Positions 1 to 12,149 of a stretch of 64,000 nucleotides of DNA are shown in pieces. How positions within the stretch are numbered: the stretch's first letter is position 1; every line of letters begins with the position of its first letter. The stretch is from Vicugna vicugna (lineage: Eukaryota), in NCBI GenBank assembly GCA_013265495.1, contig MU058844.1:13042184-13106183 (forward strand), written 5' to 3'. The notes under the pieces are model-generated. The model was not told the origin of the DNA and did not search any database. It saw only the letters and a program-made list of their open reading frames with translations. A program made the position numbers and the translations under genes.

Positions 1-55
1 TGAAGTTAACATGGTCATATGCCCCAGGACGGTGGAGGAATTTGGGATGAAAAAG

Positions 56-427
56 TGTATTAATTACCTATTGCTGCATAACAAATTACCCCAAAGTTTA
101 GCAACTTAAAACAACAAAAATACATTATCTCACCTAGTTTTTAAGGGTCTGGAAATCAGGAGCAGCTTAGCCCAATTGTTCCGGCTCTTGAAGTTGCAGT
201 CAAGCTGCTGGCTTTGAGGAGGATCCACTTCTAGATCCATTTACATGGCTGTTGACACAAGGCTTCAATTCCTCATCTTTTATTTTTGTAACCTAATCTA
301 GGAAGTGACAATTACTTCTGCTGCATGCTAATGGCATACAGACCAATTCTAGTAAGACATGGTTGGTGGCTATACAGGGTGTGAATATCAGAAGATGGGA
401 TTGTGGGAGGCCATCTTGGATCTGGCT
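56..427 (-). mobile_element. MaLR (MLT1-family) solo LTR, degenerate
   Basis: Starts TGTATTAATTACCTATTGCTGCATAACAAATTACCCCAAAGTTTAGCAACTTAAAACAAC and ends GGCCATCTTGGA, both typical of reverse-complement MLT1 termini. Subfamily not determined. Confidence 0.75.
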
Positions 428-849
428 TTGTTTATTTTCTTAAAAAATCATTTGGTCCTGCCAGTTAATGAGACAGCATCTGCTTATACACCTACGTCCT
501 TTTGAGTTATGCAAATCCTAATCACAGGAACTTGGAACTGGAAGAACTGTAGAGATGATCTTCTAACCTAATCCTTGTTTTCTTCTAAGATTCATCCGGA
601 TGGAGTAGGGAAAATAAAGGCCAGAGTGCATAAAGGACTTGCCCCAAATACCCTCCCCTCCAAAAGCTGATTCAAAAGTTTATCCTTAGGTCAGTAACTT
701 TTTATAAAATATTTGAATCTATAATTTTTTGTTTATGATTTATTTTACTTTTAAATCAGAAGAACCCAAATGTTGAGTTGGGTTTAATTTTCATGAGTCA
801 GGATTCATTCAAGTCAATGTTCTTTTCTTTTTTAAAAAAATTTCTTTAT

Positions 850-975
850 GGGTGGGAAGGGTATAGCTCGGTGGTAGAGTGCCTAACATGCAGGAGGGCT
901 TGGGTTCAATTCCCAGTAGACTCCATTAAATAAATAAATAATTGAACCTAATTACCTCACCCCATAAAAAAATTT
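850..975 (+). mobile_element. Camelid tRNA-derived SINE (Vic-1-like)
   Basis: GGGTATAGCTCGGTGGTAGAG (A box) and GGTTCAATTCCC (B box), a (TAAA)n linker, CCTAATTACCTC and an A-rich tail. Candidate TSD AATTTCTTTA at 839-848 and 980-989. Confidence 0.9.
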
Positions 976-1361
976 TTTTAATTTCTTTAAAAAAATGTTT
1001 TGAATGTTATTTTGTGCCAAATGCATGTTAGATACTGGGTACACTGTTTAAAATAGGGGGAAAATTCCCTTTCCTAATGAAGCCTATTGGAGGGAGGATA
1101 TATTTAACAAGTATTAAAACAGGTGCTGTGTGGGACACAAAAATGAGGAAAATGTTATTCGTGCTCTAAAGAAGCTTAAAACGTAGTACAATTAGTGTTA
1201 GAATTATGTATATAAGATGTTAATTGGCATAATTTAACTTTTCATATGACTGGTCTCATGGCACTAGTGTGAAGCTAAAAGGCTTTTTAGCTATGTTGGT
1301 GGTAGCTGGATTTGCTACTGCCAATCAGACTGGGTCCATGTTACTTTAATATGTGTACATA

Positions 1362-2827
1362 TTTTTATCGAAATATAATTGACTTACAATATTATACTAG
1401 TTTCAGGTGTACAGTGTAGTGATTCAGTATTTTTTAAATGTTTTTTTCAGATTATACTCCATTAAAGGTTATTAAAAGATAATGGCTGTAATTCCCTGTG
1501 TTATATGATGTATCCTTCTTGCTTATCAATTTTATAAATAATAGTTTGTGTCTCTTAATCCTAAACCCTAATTTGCCCCTCCCCCCCGCTTCCCTTTGGT
1601 AACCATGAAGTTGTTTTCTATGTCTGTGAGTCTGTTTCTGCTTTGCATACACACTCATTTGTAGCATTTTTAAGATTCCATTCAGAAGCGGAACTATACA
1701 ATATTTTTTCTCTGACTTATTTTACTAAGCATAATATTCTCAAGATCCATCTATGTTGCTGCAAATGGCAGAATTTTATACTTTTTTATGGCTGAGCAAT
1801 ATTCCACTGTATATAGACATTCATCTGTTGATGGACATTTGGGTTGCTTCTATATCTTACCTATTATAAATAGTGCTGCTATGAACATTGGGGTGCATGT
1901 ATCTTTTTGAATTAGTATTTTCATTTTTTCCAGATATATGCCCAGGAGAGGAATTGCTGGATCATGTAGTAAATCTATTTTTAGTGTTTTGAGGAACCTC
2001 CATACTGTTTTCCATAGTGGCTGTACCAATTTACACTCCCACCATGTACAAGGATTCCCTTTTCTCCACATCCTCACCAACATTTGTTATTTGTAGACTT
2101 TTTGATGATAGCCATCCTGACAGGTGTGAGGTGATATTTCATTGTTGTTTTGATTTGCATTTCTCTAATAATTAGTGATGTTGAATATCTTTACATGTGT
2201 CTGTTAGCCATCTGTATGTCTTCTTTCAAAAAATATTTATCAAGTCTTCTGCCCATTTTTTGATTGGGTTGTTTGGGGTTTTTTTGATATTGAGTTGTAT
2301 GAGCTGTTTGTATGTTTTGAATATTAACCTCTTATCAGTCATATTATTTGCAAGTGTTTTCTCCCATTCTGTAGGTTGTCTTTTCATTTTGTCAGTGGTT
2401 TCCTTTTTAGTGCAAAAGCTTTTAAGTTTAATTAGGTCCCACTGGCTATTTTTTATTTTATTTCTTTTGCCCTAGGAGACAAATCCAAAAAAAATATTGC
2501 TATGGTTTCTGTCAAAGAGTATTCTGCCTGTGTTATTTTCTAGATGTTTTATGTCTTCAGGTCTTATATTTAGGTCTTTAATCCATTTGAGTTTATTTTT
2601 ATATATGGTGTGTGGTAATGTCCTAATCTCTGTTTTACATGTGGCTGTCCAGTTTTCCCAGCACCACTTACTGAAGAGACTGTCTTTTCTCCATTATATA
2701 TTCTTGCCTCCTTTGTCACAAATTAATTGGCCATAGGTGCATGGATTTATTTTTGGGCTGTCTGTTCTGTTCCATTGATCTATGTGTCTGTTTTTGTACC
2801 AGTACCACTGTTTTGATTACTGTTCTT
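1362..2827 (-). mobile_element. 5'-truncated LINE-1 (ORF2 3' end plus 3'UTR)
   Basis: ORF 1850-2083(-) reads [36 protein letters not shown], the L1 ORF2p C-terminus. The frame is disrupted. The left end is the reverse complement of an L1 3'UTR. Confidence 0.95.
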
Positions 2828-3754
2828 TACATTTTTAATGTTTGTATAACACAGTCTTGTTATACATAGACTTGCAGTATATGCATGGAAGAGAAAAGTA
2901 ATAAACAGAGTGGCTGAAGTTAAAAATCTCTAATTTTAAGCCTCCTTAGGGTGCTTAAACAATGCTAAATGATAACTCTTGTCTCAATCACCAGCAGCTT
3001 ATAGGTATTACATGTCATTAGGAAATGAGTTTTTTAAAATAGAGTTAGAATCAGGCTCAAAATCTGCATGGCATCATATAAAATGGGTTCTTCCCAAGAA
3101 CAGGGGATGACAAAAGTTCTTCCAGCTTTGTGGTTATTGTAGCTTCATCAGTCAAATGTTTGGGTCTAGGAACCAATCGTAAATTTTTAGAGGAAGCTGA
3201 CTGTGGATAAGATAACTGTTTCTTGGCAGTATCCCCTTGAGAAAAGATTTTGGATAGAAAAGTTCTCTTTGGATGGTTTCTGCAAACACCATCCTACTAA
3301 TGAAACTCCCTGGGCTTTTCTCTCTGACTGCTCTGCAAATACTGGTTGCCAATTACCTGTGATTCAGGTCCATATTGTATGTACAGCATGTCCTCCATTT
3401 GTTCCCTGGACCAGGGCTGGCTCTCCCACCAAGCAGCCAATTGAAGGGAGAGAGAGAGCCAGATATAAACATTTCAGTTTAATTTTTTCTGCCTAGTATA
3501 TAGCAGAGCATCACACACAAGAAGACACATAATAAATGCTCTTGGATAAAGGCAAGGGCTGCTGCTAGCACCATTTCTAGGCTCGGGATAGAATGGCTTA
3601 GTTTTGCTTTTCCTAAATTACACTGAATTTAGGGATTTACTTTAAAAAAATTCTTTAGCATTATAAAGTAATCCAGAGGCAAAAAGAAGATAAGATGGAC
3701 ACCAAGAATCTGAGTACACTGTGGTGAAAAGAGAATGGGCTTTGGAATTGCTCA

Positions 3755-4100
3755 GAAATTTATTCATCCATCCATTCACTCAACATATATGGATGGAGAG
3801 TGTGCATGTAGTGAACAAAGCTGACAAAAAGTCCTACCGTCTTGGAACTTGCATTTTAATAATGCAAATATGGTATGTCAGAGAATTTAAGTGCTTGGAG
3901 AAAAATAAAGTGAGGAATGGGTGAGGGACAACAGCAAGTGGGGGTGAAGTTTCCAGAGGAGTGTTAGGGAAGGTCTCACTGAGAAGGTGACATTTAAGTG
4001 TGTGAAATACATGGAGGAGATAAGGAAGGGTGTCACGTGGTTATGGGGGAAGAGTGTTCAGGCAGAGGGAACAGCTGGGACAAAAGTGCTGATGTGGGTG
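3755..4100 (-). mobile_element. LINE-2 fragment
   Basis: TTATTCATCCATCCATTCACTCAACA tail, followed by L2-typical GGGAAGGTCTCACTGAGAAGGTGACATTTAAG and GGCAGAGGGAACAGC. Confidence 0.75.
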
Positions 4101-4109
4101 CGGCAAGCA

Positions 4110-4300
4110 GGCCAGTGTGGCAGAAGAGATTTGACTGTAAATCTAGTCCTGCTGAGAAAGCCACCTAACCTCCCTAAGCTTCAGTTTCCTCCCCTAAAAA
4201 GTAGAGATGAAAACGCCTAGTTTGCAGGATTATAGTGAAGACCAAACGAAATAGTAAAGGCAAGGAACCAGCACAGTGCCAGGTATCCAGATAAGAGCTT
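4110..4300 (+). mobile_element. MIR SINE
   Basis: Core CTAACCTCCCTAAGCTTCAGTTTCCTCCCCTAAAAAGTAGAGAT and 3' CACAGTGCCAGG. Confidence 0.7.
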
Positions 4301-4403
4301 TAATTTCAATGTAAAGAATGTTTCATAGCACTGATACTGCTTCTGTTCCTTCTCCCTGGAAAACAAAGGAAATGACAATACATTGTAGGTTTCTCATGAG
4401 AAG

Positions 4404-4918
4404 TGAAGGGTGGCAGAATATGCCACCCCAAAATATGTCTCTTAGGCATAAGGATTATTTTCAAAACAACAGACACAAGAGAAGAACTGAAAACACAGAA
4501 GTTACCCTTTTGTAAGGGAAATTTACAATTATAAGGGAATCCCCATTTGCAAGGTCATCTCCCTCTCATCACCAGAAGAGAAAGATAACTAAATAGCAAG
4601 AAACTTATCAATGGAGAAGGCACCAATTTAAATCTCTGTAACAACCCTTACTTTTGTTTACTTTTCCTGATCACCTCCTTATAACTGGCCTCTCCCATAC
4701 CCTTCTCTCTAGTCTTTAGCTGAAGATGATATTTAAGCCTGAATTCTAAACCACCTCTGAAAGTTATTCACTTTTTCCTGGGTATCTCCCATGTATAGGC
4801 AAGGTATACATGTTAATAAACTTCTATTTATTTCTCTTTTGTTAATCTGTCTTTTGTTACAAGGTTCCCAGGGGAGAACTTAGAAGAGTAGAGAGAAAAT
4901 TATTTTTCCTCCCCTACA
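4404..4918 (+). mobile_element. ERV1 solo LTR (MER34-like) inserted in a MIR
   Basis: TG...CA termini (TGAAGGGTGGCAGAATATGCCACCCC...CCCCTACA), internal AATAAA, near-TSD GAAG/GGAG. MIR-like sequence resumes at about 4920-4995. Confidence 0.85.
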
Positions 4919-5904
4919 GGAGTAAATGCAATAATACATGTAAAGTACTTAGCCCAGAGCCTGACACATGTTAGATGCATAATTGATGGTAGTTCTCATT
5001 ATCAGATACTTCAGTAAAGCATTAATTAGTATAGACGTAGACAAAATTAGGAGAGCAGCACCAAGCCGCTAACAAACATGGCTAGGAGGAAAACAGAACT
5101 AGTTCCTGGGCCCAAAGGGACCAGGAAATATAAGAGCAATGGAGCTGACAATCAGGGCAAAGTGAGGATAAATTCCATCAAGGTTTTACTCAAGGCCAGG
5201 GCAAACTTGGTGAGTAATCTGATTTATTTGAAGGAGCATGGAGTGGGAGAGACAGCAGAGCAGAGGCAAAAACTAGGTGAACTTGAGGCTTCAATATAGG
5301 GAGGGAACTATACCAAATAGTTATTGTAAAGTTGAGCATGTAGAATCATTATAAGCAGACCTGGCCACAAATGGGTGTAACTTGTCAAAGGAAACAGGCT
5401 AGGATGGAGGGCAGAGAGATTAATGCAATATGTCAAGAAGATACGGACATATGTGGAAGCCTGTAACTGTTGCGGGGAGTACCGTGGAGAACATTTGGAT
5501 AAGGATAAAAGCAGAGAGAAAGCAAAAATGATACAGTTGTGGGAGGATACTAAAGACAGTTCTATAAGAAGTAGGAAATAGAAGTTGTATTCCAGAATCA
5601 GACAGCAAATGCTGGCCAAGCTATGCAGAAAATTTCTAGATCCCAGGTTCAATTAAGAACAAGACATCAAATAAATCCTTGAAAGTCAGAGCATCATGGT
5701 AGTTAACTTAATGGACTGTAGGTGAACAGATTTCACTTCAGATATATTGTGTGACCTTTGATAAATTAACCACTATTAGCCTTGGCTTTCTGGCAAGTAA
5801 AATAAAGGTGATAAAATTCTTTTGAGGACAATATTTAAGAAGCCTTTTGAAAATGGTTAAACATTTTCTTAGATTTTCATCTTCCAACTAATATAGAAAT
5901 GAGA

Positions 5905-5983
5905 AAGGGAGTTGCTGTTTTGGATTTAATTCTGACCAACAGTGAAGTAGCTGTGGGCTGAGTTGGGAACTTTAGGAGAAAGG
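5905..5983 (+). mobile_element. CR1/L3 LINE ORF2 relic (endonuclease region)
   Basis: From 5908 it translates GVAVLDLILTNSEVAVG, then in a shifted frame GTLGE, resembling CR1 endonuclease motifs (LDLILTN...LGxSDH). Confidence 0.6.
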
Positions 5984-6877
5984 GGAGGAAAAAACAAAGT
6001 GATGACCTAGGTTAGAGTCCTGGATGGAGAGAGGGGCACTCGGCAGGAGCCTGGGATCAGGATGTTCCTTCTCACTCCTCCAAGAATTTCCCAGAGCACA
6101 ACTTGACAAGAACTTTGTTTTTCTTCTTTCATTTGGACCACCCATACTGCCACACATTTCCCACCTCTTTGAAATGTTCTTTCCCTTTATGTTCCTGCTT
6201 GAAATTTTTGTGCAGACATTAATTTTTTTTTCCCCTAAGTGGTCCTGAAAGCGCTGGAGTCAGAATCAGGAGCATTCAAGTTCTTTTATTTCACGCCTAA
6301 GTACATAGGCACTACGTTTTCCCTCCCTCCTTCTCTTCTGCCTCTTTTCTCTTCTCCTCTGTCTCCTCTGTTTTTCCCCATCCAGACTCCTCCCAAACTC
6401 AAGTTCCAAACACATAGATTGAAAGTGAGAGCACTAAGACAGCTAGTGGGTGAGACCAATGTCAGTGGGGGCTGAGGGTTCGGGTGGCAGCCGTTGCAAT
6501 CTCTCTGTTACCCACCCACCCTCCACTTAGGGCAAACTTAGTGCCTATTCCTGCCCTCACCTGTGACAACAGAATCCTGACTGTGTGCAGGACCGTAATG
6601 TGTGAGCACAGCAAACTATTACAAACCTGCTCTGCTTCCCTAGCCTCCCTTGCTGCGAGAGGTGGGGTGGTCAACATCACTCACGCCCTTTCCCTTCCTG
6701 GAGATAACTTCTTTGCAGTTACGCATGGATGGCTGTGTGACTTGCTTTGGCTAATGAAATATGGGTGGAAATTTCGCCTATCACTTCTGGATGGAGGCAG
6801 GTATGAGTTGTGCCCAAACTTCATGCTCTTTTTCCCTGCCACCATGATGCAAGAAAAATAATTCAGTCCTATCCTAC

Positions 6878-7908
6878 TGTTCCACTTACTGATCGCTGTG
6901 TGTAACAGAACCACTCAAAGCTCCGTGACTTAAAGCAACCACTATCTCATGCTTCTGTGGGTTTACTGGGCTCAGCTAAGAGGTTCTTCTTTTGATCTCT
7001 CTTGAGGTCTCTCACAGAGGTGCAATCAGATAATGGCCAGGGCTGCACCTTTCAATGACTCACTCACACATCTGACACATTGGCAAGGATGGCTGGAAGC
7101 TTGAGCTTGGCTATGTCTCTCGCCCTTTCTCCATGCCATCTCACAGCCTCTTGCTGTCTATGTGATCTTTCATGCAGTTTCTCTGTATGGTCTTCCTAAC
7201 ATGATGAAGTGTAGCAGAATATGCTGTCCTACAATATGGTGCTGATATAATGATTATTTTGAGTTGAATGCAATTGAGAAGAAGCAGATGCAAGGAAAGC
7301 CCTCTTCCCTCCCCCTATTTGCCTAAAAGCAGGATACAATACTATCAGAAAGAATTGAAGTTAATCAGTGGAGACATCATTAGATCCTTATCAGCCCACA
7401 GACTGCACCAGAGGAATCCACGCAGCAAACCCTGCTTAAACTAGCTCTTATCTACCATATAATTGAGCTTCCCACAATTTGTCCTTCTAGAGACTCAAAG
7501 TCCTTTTCCTTTGTCTTGTCACCTCCTACAAAATTTGCTATGGATGCCATATAAGTCTGAGTTCTAATCACTTCTTTGAGTTATCACCTCTGAGTGCTCC
7601 CATGGATACATATGACACACATGTTAATAAACTTCTGGTTTTCTCTTGTTAATCTGTCTTTTGTCAGACAAGAGGTGTCCTATTGGGGTAAAAACAACAT
7701 AGGAGAATAGCTACGTGGTGACACAACACATGAGAAGCATAATCTACCAGACTTTTCAAGACTTAGATCCGGAATGGGCACAGCATCACACCACCACCAC
7801 ATTCTCTTGGTTAAAACAGTCATGGGCCCAGACCAAGTTACAGATTGTGGGAGATAAACACCACTTCTTGAGCGACAGGGAGTTGGTGGCCATTTTTAAT
7901 CTACCACA
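6878..7908 (-). mobile_element. MaLR (MLT1-family) LTR split by a nested ERV1 LTR
   Basis: Starts ...GCTGTGTGTAACAGAACCACTCAAAGCTCCGTGACTTAAAGCAAC and ends GGCCATTTTTAATCTACCACA. Interrupted at about 7205-7699. Confidence 0.7.
7205..7699 (+). mobile_element. ERV1 solo LTR (MER34-like)
   Basis: TGAAGTGTAGCAGAATATGC start and ATGTTAATAAACTTCT...TTGTTAATCTGTCTTTTGT, both shared with the 4404 LTR. The 3' boundary is uncertain. Confidence 0.75.
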
Positions 7909-8339
7909 CTCACATTTAACGTCAAAAAACTCAAGCCCTTCATGTAGACCTGGAAGTACCCAGACTATGGTAGGCAGGAAGACACTTGTCCTGGCTGTAG
8001 CCTGTCAGCTAGCACCCCAGACTCCCAGATTCTCCTGAGCTGCTTCTGGTCCCTTTATTACCAAATCTCCATTCCGTTCTAGTCTGCTTCTTCCCCAAAC
8101 AGGCTCCTAGCTCCATCTTCCTTCTCTAAGGTCGTGCTATCACAAGAGTGACAATGGGCAGTGAAAGGAGGGGAAGTCAGACTCAGACACCACTATTCCT
8201 GCAGTTTTCAACCTCCTCTCCCATGGGGAGTGCCGGCGGGCAGCCATCTCTCGCCCCCAGGCGGGCTCTCCTGCCAACTTATTGAGGATTGTCCTCTCTA
8301 GTCCCCTTTCATTTCCTCTCTTACACACGTTTTAAGTTT

Positions 8340-8925
8340 TGTTGCCAGAGAATAGATTCTTGTCTTGCACAGGAAAGGATTCAAGAGCAAAGCATAATAA
8401 AGTGAAAGCAAGTTTATTTAAAGAGATACACACCCCACAGACTGAGTGGGGTCCGTCTCACTCAGAGGGAGGACAGCTTAGGAGATGCACACTCCATAAG
8501 CAGGATGCAGGCCATCTCAAAAAACGAAAGGGAGAGAGAGAGACAGCAGTGTAGCAGATGTTTAGTTTAAAGTAAAAGCAGATTACATGCTTCATAGACA
8601 GAGTGCAGGCCATCTCAGAAGGCAAGAGAGAGAACGACCTCAGGGTGTGGAGTTGTTAGTTTTTATGGGCTCGGTAATTCCATGTGCTAGTAGGAGGATT
8701 ATTCCAACTTCTTCGGGGCAACAGGCAGAGATTTCCAGGAATCGGCCCCCCCGCCCACTTTTTGACCTCTTATAGTCAACCTAGGAGCCTGTGGGTGTGC
8801 CATGAGGCTCAGGGTCTACTGGAAGTCACATCTTCTGCCAGCTTGGTTCTAACCGGTTTGTCCTGTCCTCAATTGCTGTGTCATTCCTTCAGTGGTTGTG
8901 CCCTGCCCCCTTCCCTCCTGTCTCA
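8340..8925 (-). mobile_element. ERV1-type solo LTR
   Basis: TG...CA termini and a perfect 4-bp TSD GTTT (8336-8339, 8926-8929). The reverse complement starts TGAGACAGGAGGGAAGGGGG, like the LTR at 32512. Confidence 0.85.
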
Positions 8926-9096
8926 GTTTTCTCTCTCTCCAGATGAGGCCAGAAGTTATTTTTCATTAGAAAAATCTTACCCTAGTGACAAGCACGTTAA
9001 CTTTATCCTGCTGAACCCTACGTCAACCTCCCCGCAGCACAGTACTCACCCCGGACCTTGTCTTTCACACGTAAAAGGCCCATTAAATTGTGAAAT

Positions 9097-9619
9097 TGTT
9101 CCTGAACAAAAGTTCGTGTGCGCAACACACAGTAAGGCCGAACAAACCGAACCGTTGGAGTTTGGAGCAGAGAAAGATTTATTAGATGGTGAGCAAGGAG
9201 AACGAGTGGCTCATGCTCAAAAAAACCAAACTCTTCAATGGGCAAAATTTGGGGTAAGGGCTGCAGTGCGTGACTTTCTTCTGATTGGTTGGTGGTGAGG
9301 TAACAAGGTGGTACTAAAGTCGCCATCCTCCACCTGGATGGGGGCCTTAGTTCCTGCAGAGGAAGTCAAAGATATTGTTATGTATGTTCCTTGAGGCGAA
9401 GAGGACCCTGCCCCAAGGCTGGGCTATTGTTTCTTAACTGCTTCTCCCTTGTCTCTTCATTCCCTCCCTCCCTTGAAGTGCAGCTGTTTGAATCTGCCCC
9501 TTGGAACTCAGGGAAGGTCAAGGAGGCTGAATGAAGCCCATTTTCTACAAAAAAAGAACAGGGGACACACAGAAAGGATCTGTACCAGAGAGGACCCCAC
9601 AGGGTCCTGCTCTATTTCA
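9097..9619 (-). mobile_element. ERV1-type solo LTR
   Basis: TGTTCC...TTTCA termini, perfect TSD AAAT (9093-9096, 9620-9623), TTTATT (reverse-strand poly(A) signal) and GATTGG (CCAAT box). Confidence 0.85.
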
Positions 9620-11802
9620 AAATGGAAATGAGAATTTATTTTTTTTCTTATTAATATAATAACGTCCACTTTTTTCTGATTTTTATACATGGCTTCTCCT
9701 CTCCTCTGCCGGAGCTGTCTGCTTGCCTTGGGCAGAATGAGGACTGTAGCAGTAAGAAGGCAAAGAGGAAGGGGAAATCGATATCCAGTTTTTGACTTTC
9801 AGAGCTGTCAGAAAGGAAATAATAGTCTTAAAAGCCAGTGTTTGTCAAGAGAGGAAATGATTTCTAAATTCCATAAGCCGTCATTAACATATCAAGAGCA
9901 GAGACCAGCAACTGAAAGAAAAGTATTATTCAGGGAGAGAGAACTGAGAAAAGTATCTGCTACAAAGGGGTCGGAGGATTAGAAGGTGACGGCGTGGAAG
10001 GCCCACCTTCTGACCCTGAGGGATTATGGGAAAAAGGAAGCAGATAACATTGTGGAACAGGTGGTGAAAGGAAGCTATGAGACACTTGTGTCCTCTCCAG
10101 GCTGAAGTTCTGGAGGTGCAAGGTCATCCAGTCAGAAAAAGAGAGCAGACAGCAAAGGGGCTTTTGTCCTTTTCTTAGCTGGAACCCTTGAGGGAGACTA
10201 CCATGTGGGGCGGGCTTCAGTGCCCTGGGGGTGGATAGAATGGGGTACACAAGGGTTTTGCAGGACAGGGAGATGTGCAGAGACATTTGAGGTAGAGAGC
10301 TTGACTCCTTGGAGTCTATATATGGTTTGTGAGCAATCTAGACGTTCCCAAATGCCCTTGGGGGGCTGCTGAAAGTAGATGACATTCAGGCTGGGGAAAT
10401 TGCCACAGATGTCACAAGGTGGGGTTGAGGCAAAGAAACCCTGAGGCTGGGAACTCAAGGTGGGGTGGACTGAGATTAGTGGCTGGACTTCCAGTGGCTG
10501 GGCTGCACAGCCACCAGCAAAGGGATGAGATGGAGCTGAGTGCCAAGGGTGACCTTACCAAGCTAAGAGAATAGACAAAGCTGTGTTCCTCAGCTGCAGA
10601 TGTTAGCAACCATCACCTGTAGGGTGCTCGGCAGGACCCAGACTCATCCCACCTTAATGGGTACCAGCCAGCCTTGGGTACACACCCAAGGACAGGACCA
10701 GGTGGCCAGCAGTAGAGACAATACAAAGACAGGCACCACTCCAGCCAGAGCTCCGTCTCCCCAGTGCCAAGATGTGAGCCTTCCTCTACACATAGAGCCA
10801 TGTTGGGGAAAGGGAGAGGAAGGAGCAATCCATCTTTGATAGGGAATTAAGCTTTAATTGATAAATGTTTAGTCCTCAAAGAATATTTTCAGTCCAGTGT
10901 GCTCTTAATTGGAAAAGTTCATGTGGTCTCCCCACCCCTACATTGGCTGTTACTCAGTGGGTTGGGAGCACATGAAGATTTGGTCTATGACAGAAAATTA
11001 AAAGTCACATGGTCTTTGTATATTTGAGTTTTAGTTTGTGTTCAGTTTGCAGCTTCATTCCTTGAATATTTCTCAGTAAATGACCAAGTTTCCTACAGAG
11101 ATGAGTTCTGCAGCTCCCCCAGGATGCAGAAGTAGCTGCAATTAATTTTTAAAGCAAAAATATGTCTTCCCACTTCATCAGAAACCATTATTCCTTCTAA
11201 ACTCCCTGTTTCTCATGTTTTATTTAGAAAGACCCGGAACTGAGAAAACACAAAACTGAGTCAGATCATGAAGCAATTCCTGGCACCTACCCTCTGCAGA
11301 ACTTGACTCCCATAGCTCCAGCCACCTTTCCATGTGGTTCGCTGCTTGTCTGGAGTGAGCTGTCAGAGGTCTTGCTGAACACACTGTGTGGAGTGGTTCA
11401 GGTGTGTTGGGGGCCACATCCCAGCAGACCCAATTCTGTGATCTTTTCTAGGTTCCCTTCTGTCTCAGCCTCAGGTAACTGTCCTGCTGAATTACAAATA
11501 AATAAATAAAATTCCTCTTCTTCTTAGTTTGAGATAAAGTTGGAATTTTTCAAAGGGTAATTTCAGTAAGAAACTGAGGTAAAGTAATGAAAAAAAAACA
11601 CTAAAGTATTAAGAACCAGGGATTTTTTTGGATTACAGATTTATTACAGTAAATGGGGGGGAGATATGCCTGAGATTATCTCAGATGCACAGATTTTAAG
11701 GCATTCAGCCATGGCTTTTTTTTCTTCTTTTTCATCCTGCCAGATTCAGAAATACTTCTTATGATTCAGAAATAGTTCTTATGATTTTCTTCTTTCTTTA
11801 AG

Positions 11803-12034
11803 CAGTGGTGTTCATCTGGGATGGTGGTTGGGAGGGGCAGTTTTAGCCCCCAGGGGACATTTGACAATGTCTGGAGACACTTTTGGTTGTCACAACTTAG
11901 GGAGGGTGATGCTACTGACATCCTGTAGGTAGAGGCCAGGGATGCTGCTGAACATCCTACCATGCACAGGGCAGCCCCCACAACAAAGAATTCTCCTGCC
12001 CCGAATGTTGGTTTTGCTGAGGGTGGGAGACCCT
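11803..12034 (+). mobile_element. MER20 (hAT-Charlie) DNA transposon
   Basis: CCCCCAGGGGACATTTGACAATGTCTGGAGAC...GGTAGAGGCCAGGGATGCTGCTGAACATCCTAC with CAG...CTG termini. CTTTAAG is duplicated on both flanks. Confidence 0.9.
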
Positions 12035-12149
12035 GCTTTAAGGAGACACGTGGAACAACCCCATTTCAAGAATCATATCCAGCATGACAATTAATTACTA
12101 TGGTCAAAAAACTGTTCTCACTGGGAAAGAGACAAAGTCACAATTCTAT

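Noticed and set aside
850..925. tRNA-like sequences with A and B boxes (six sites)
   Set aside because: They are SINE heads with a linker, tail and TSDs, not tRNA genes.
8420..8640. Spaced repeats as a CRISPR-like array
   Set aside because: They are diverged units internal to an LTR, in mammalian DNA, with no cas genes.
8684..9298. Longest ORF (204 aa)
   Set aside because: It runs antisense across two unrelated solo LTRs and their spacer, and has no recognisable domain. Chance ORF.
8340..9619. Adjacent LTRs as the two ends of one provirus
   Set aside because: The sequences differ, each has its own TSD, and I see no primer-binding site or internal genes.
9960..11560. Possible ancient Gypsy/ERVL-type LTR remnants (similar texture at 5040-5660 and 25560-26300)
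   Set aside because: I could not fix termini or family by eye. This needs a Dfam search.
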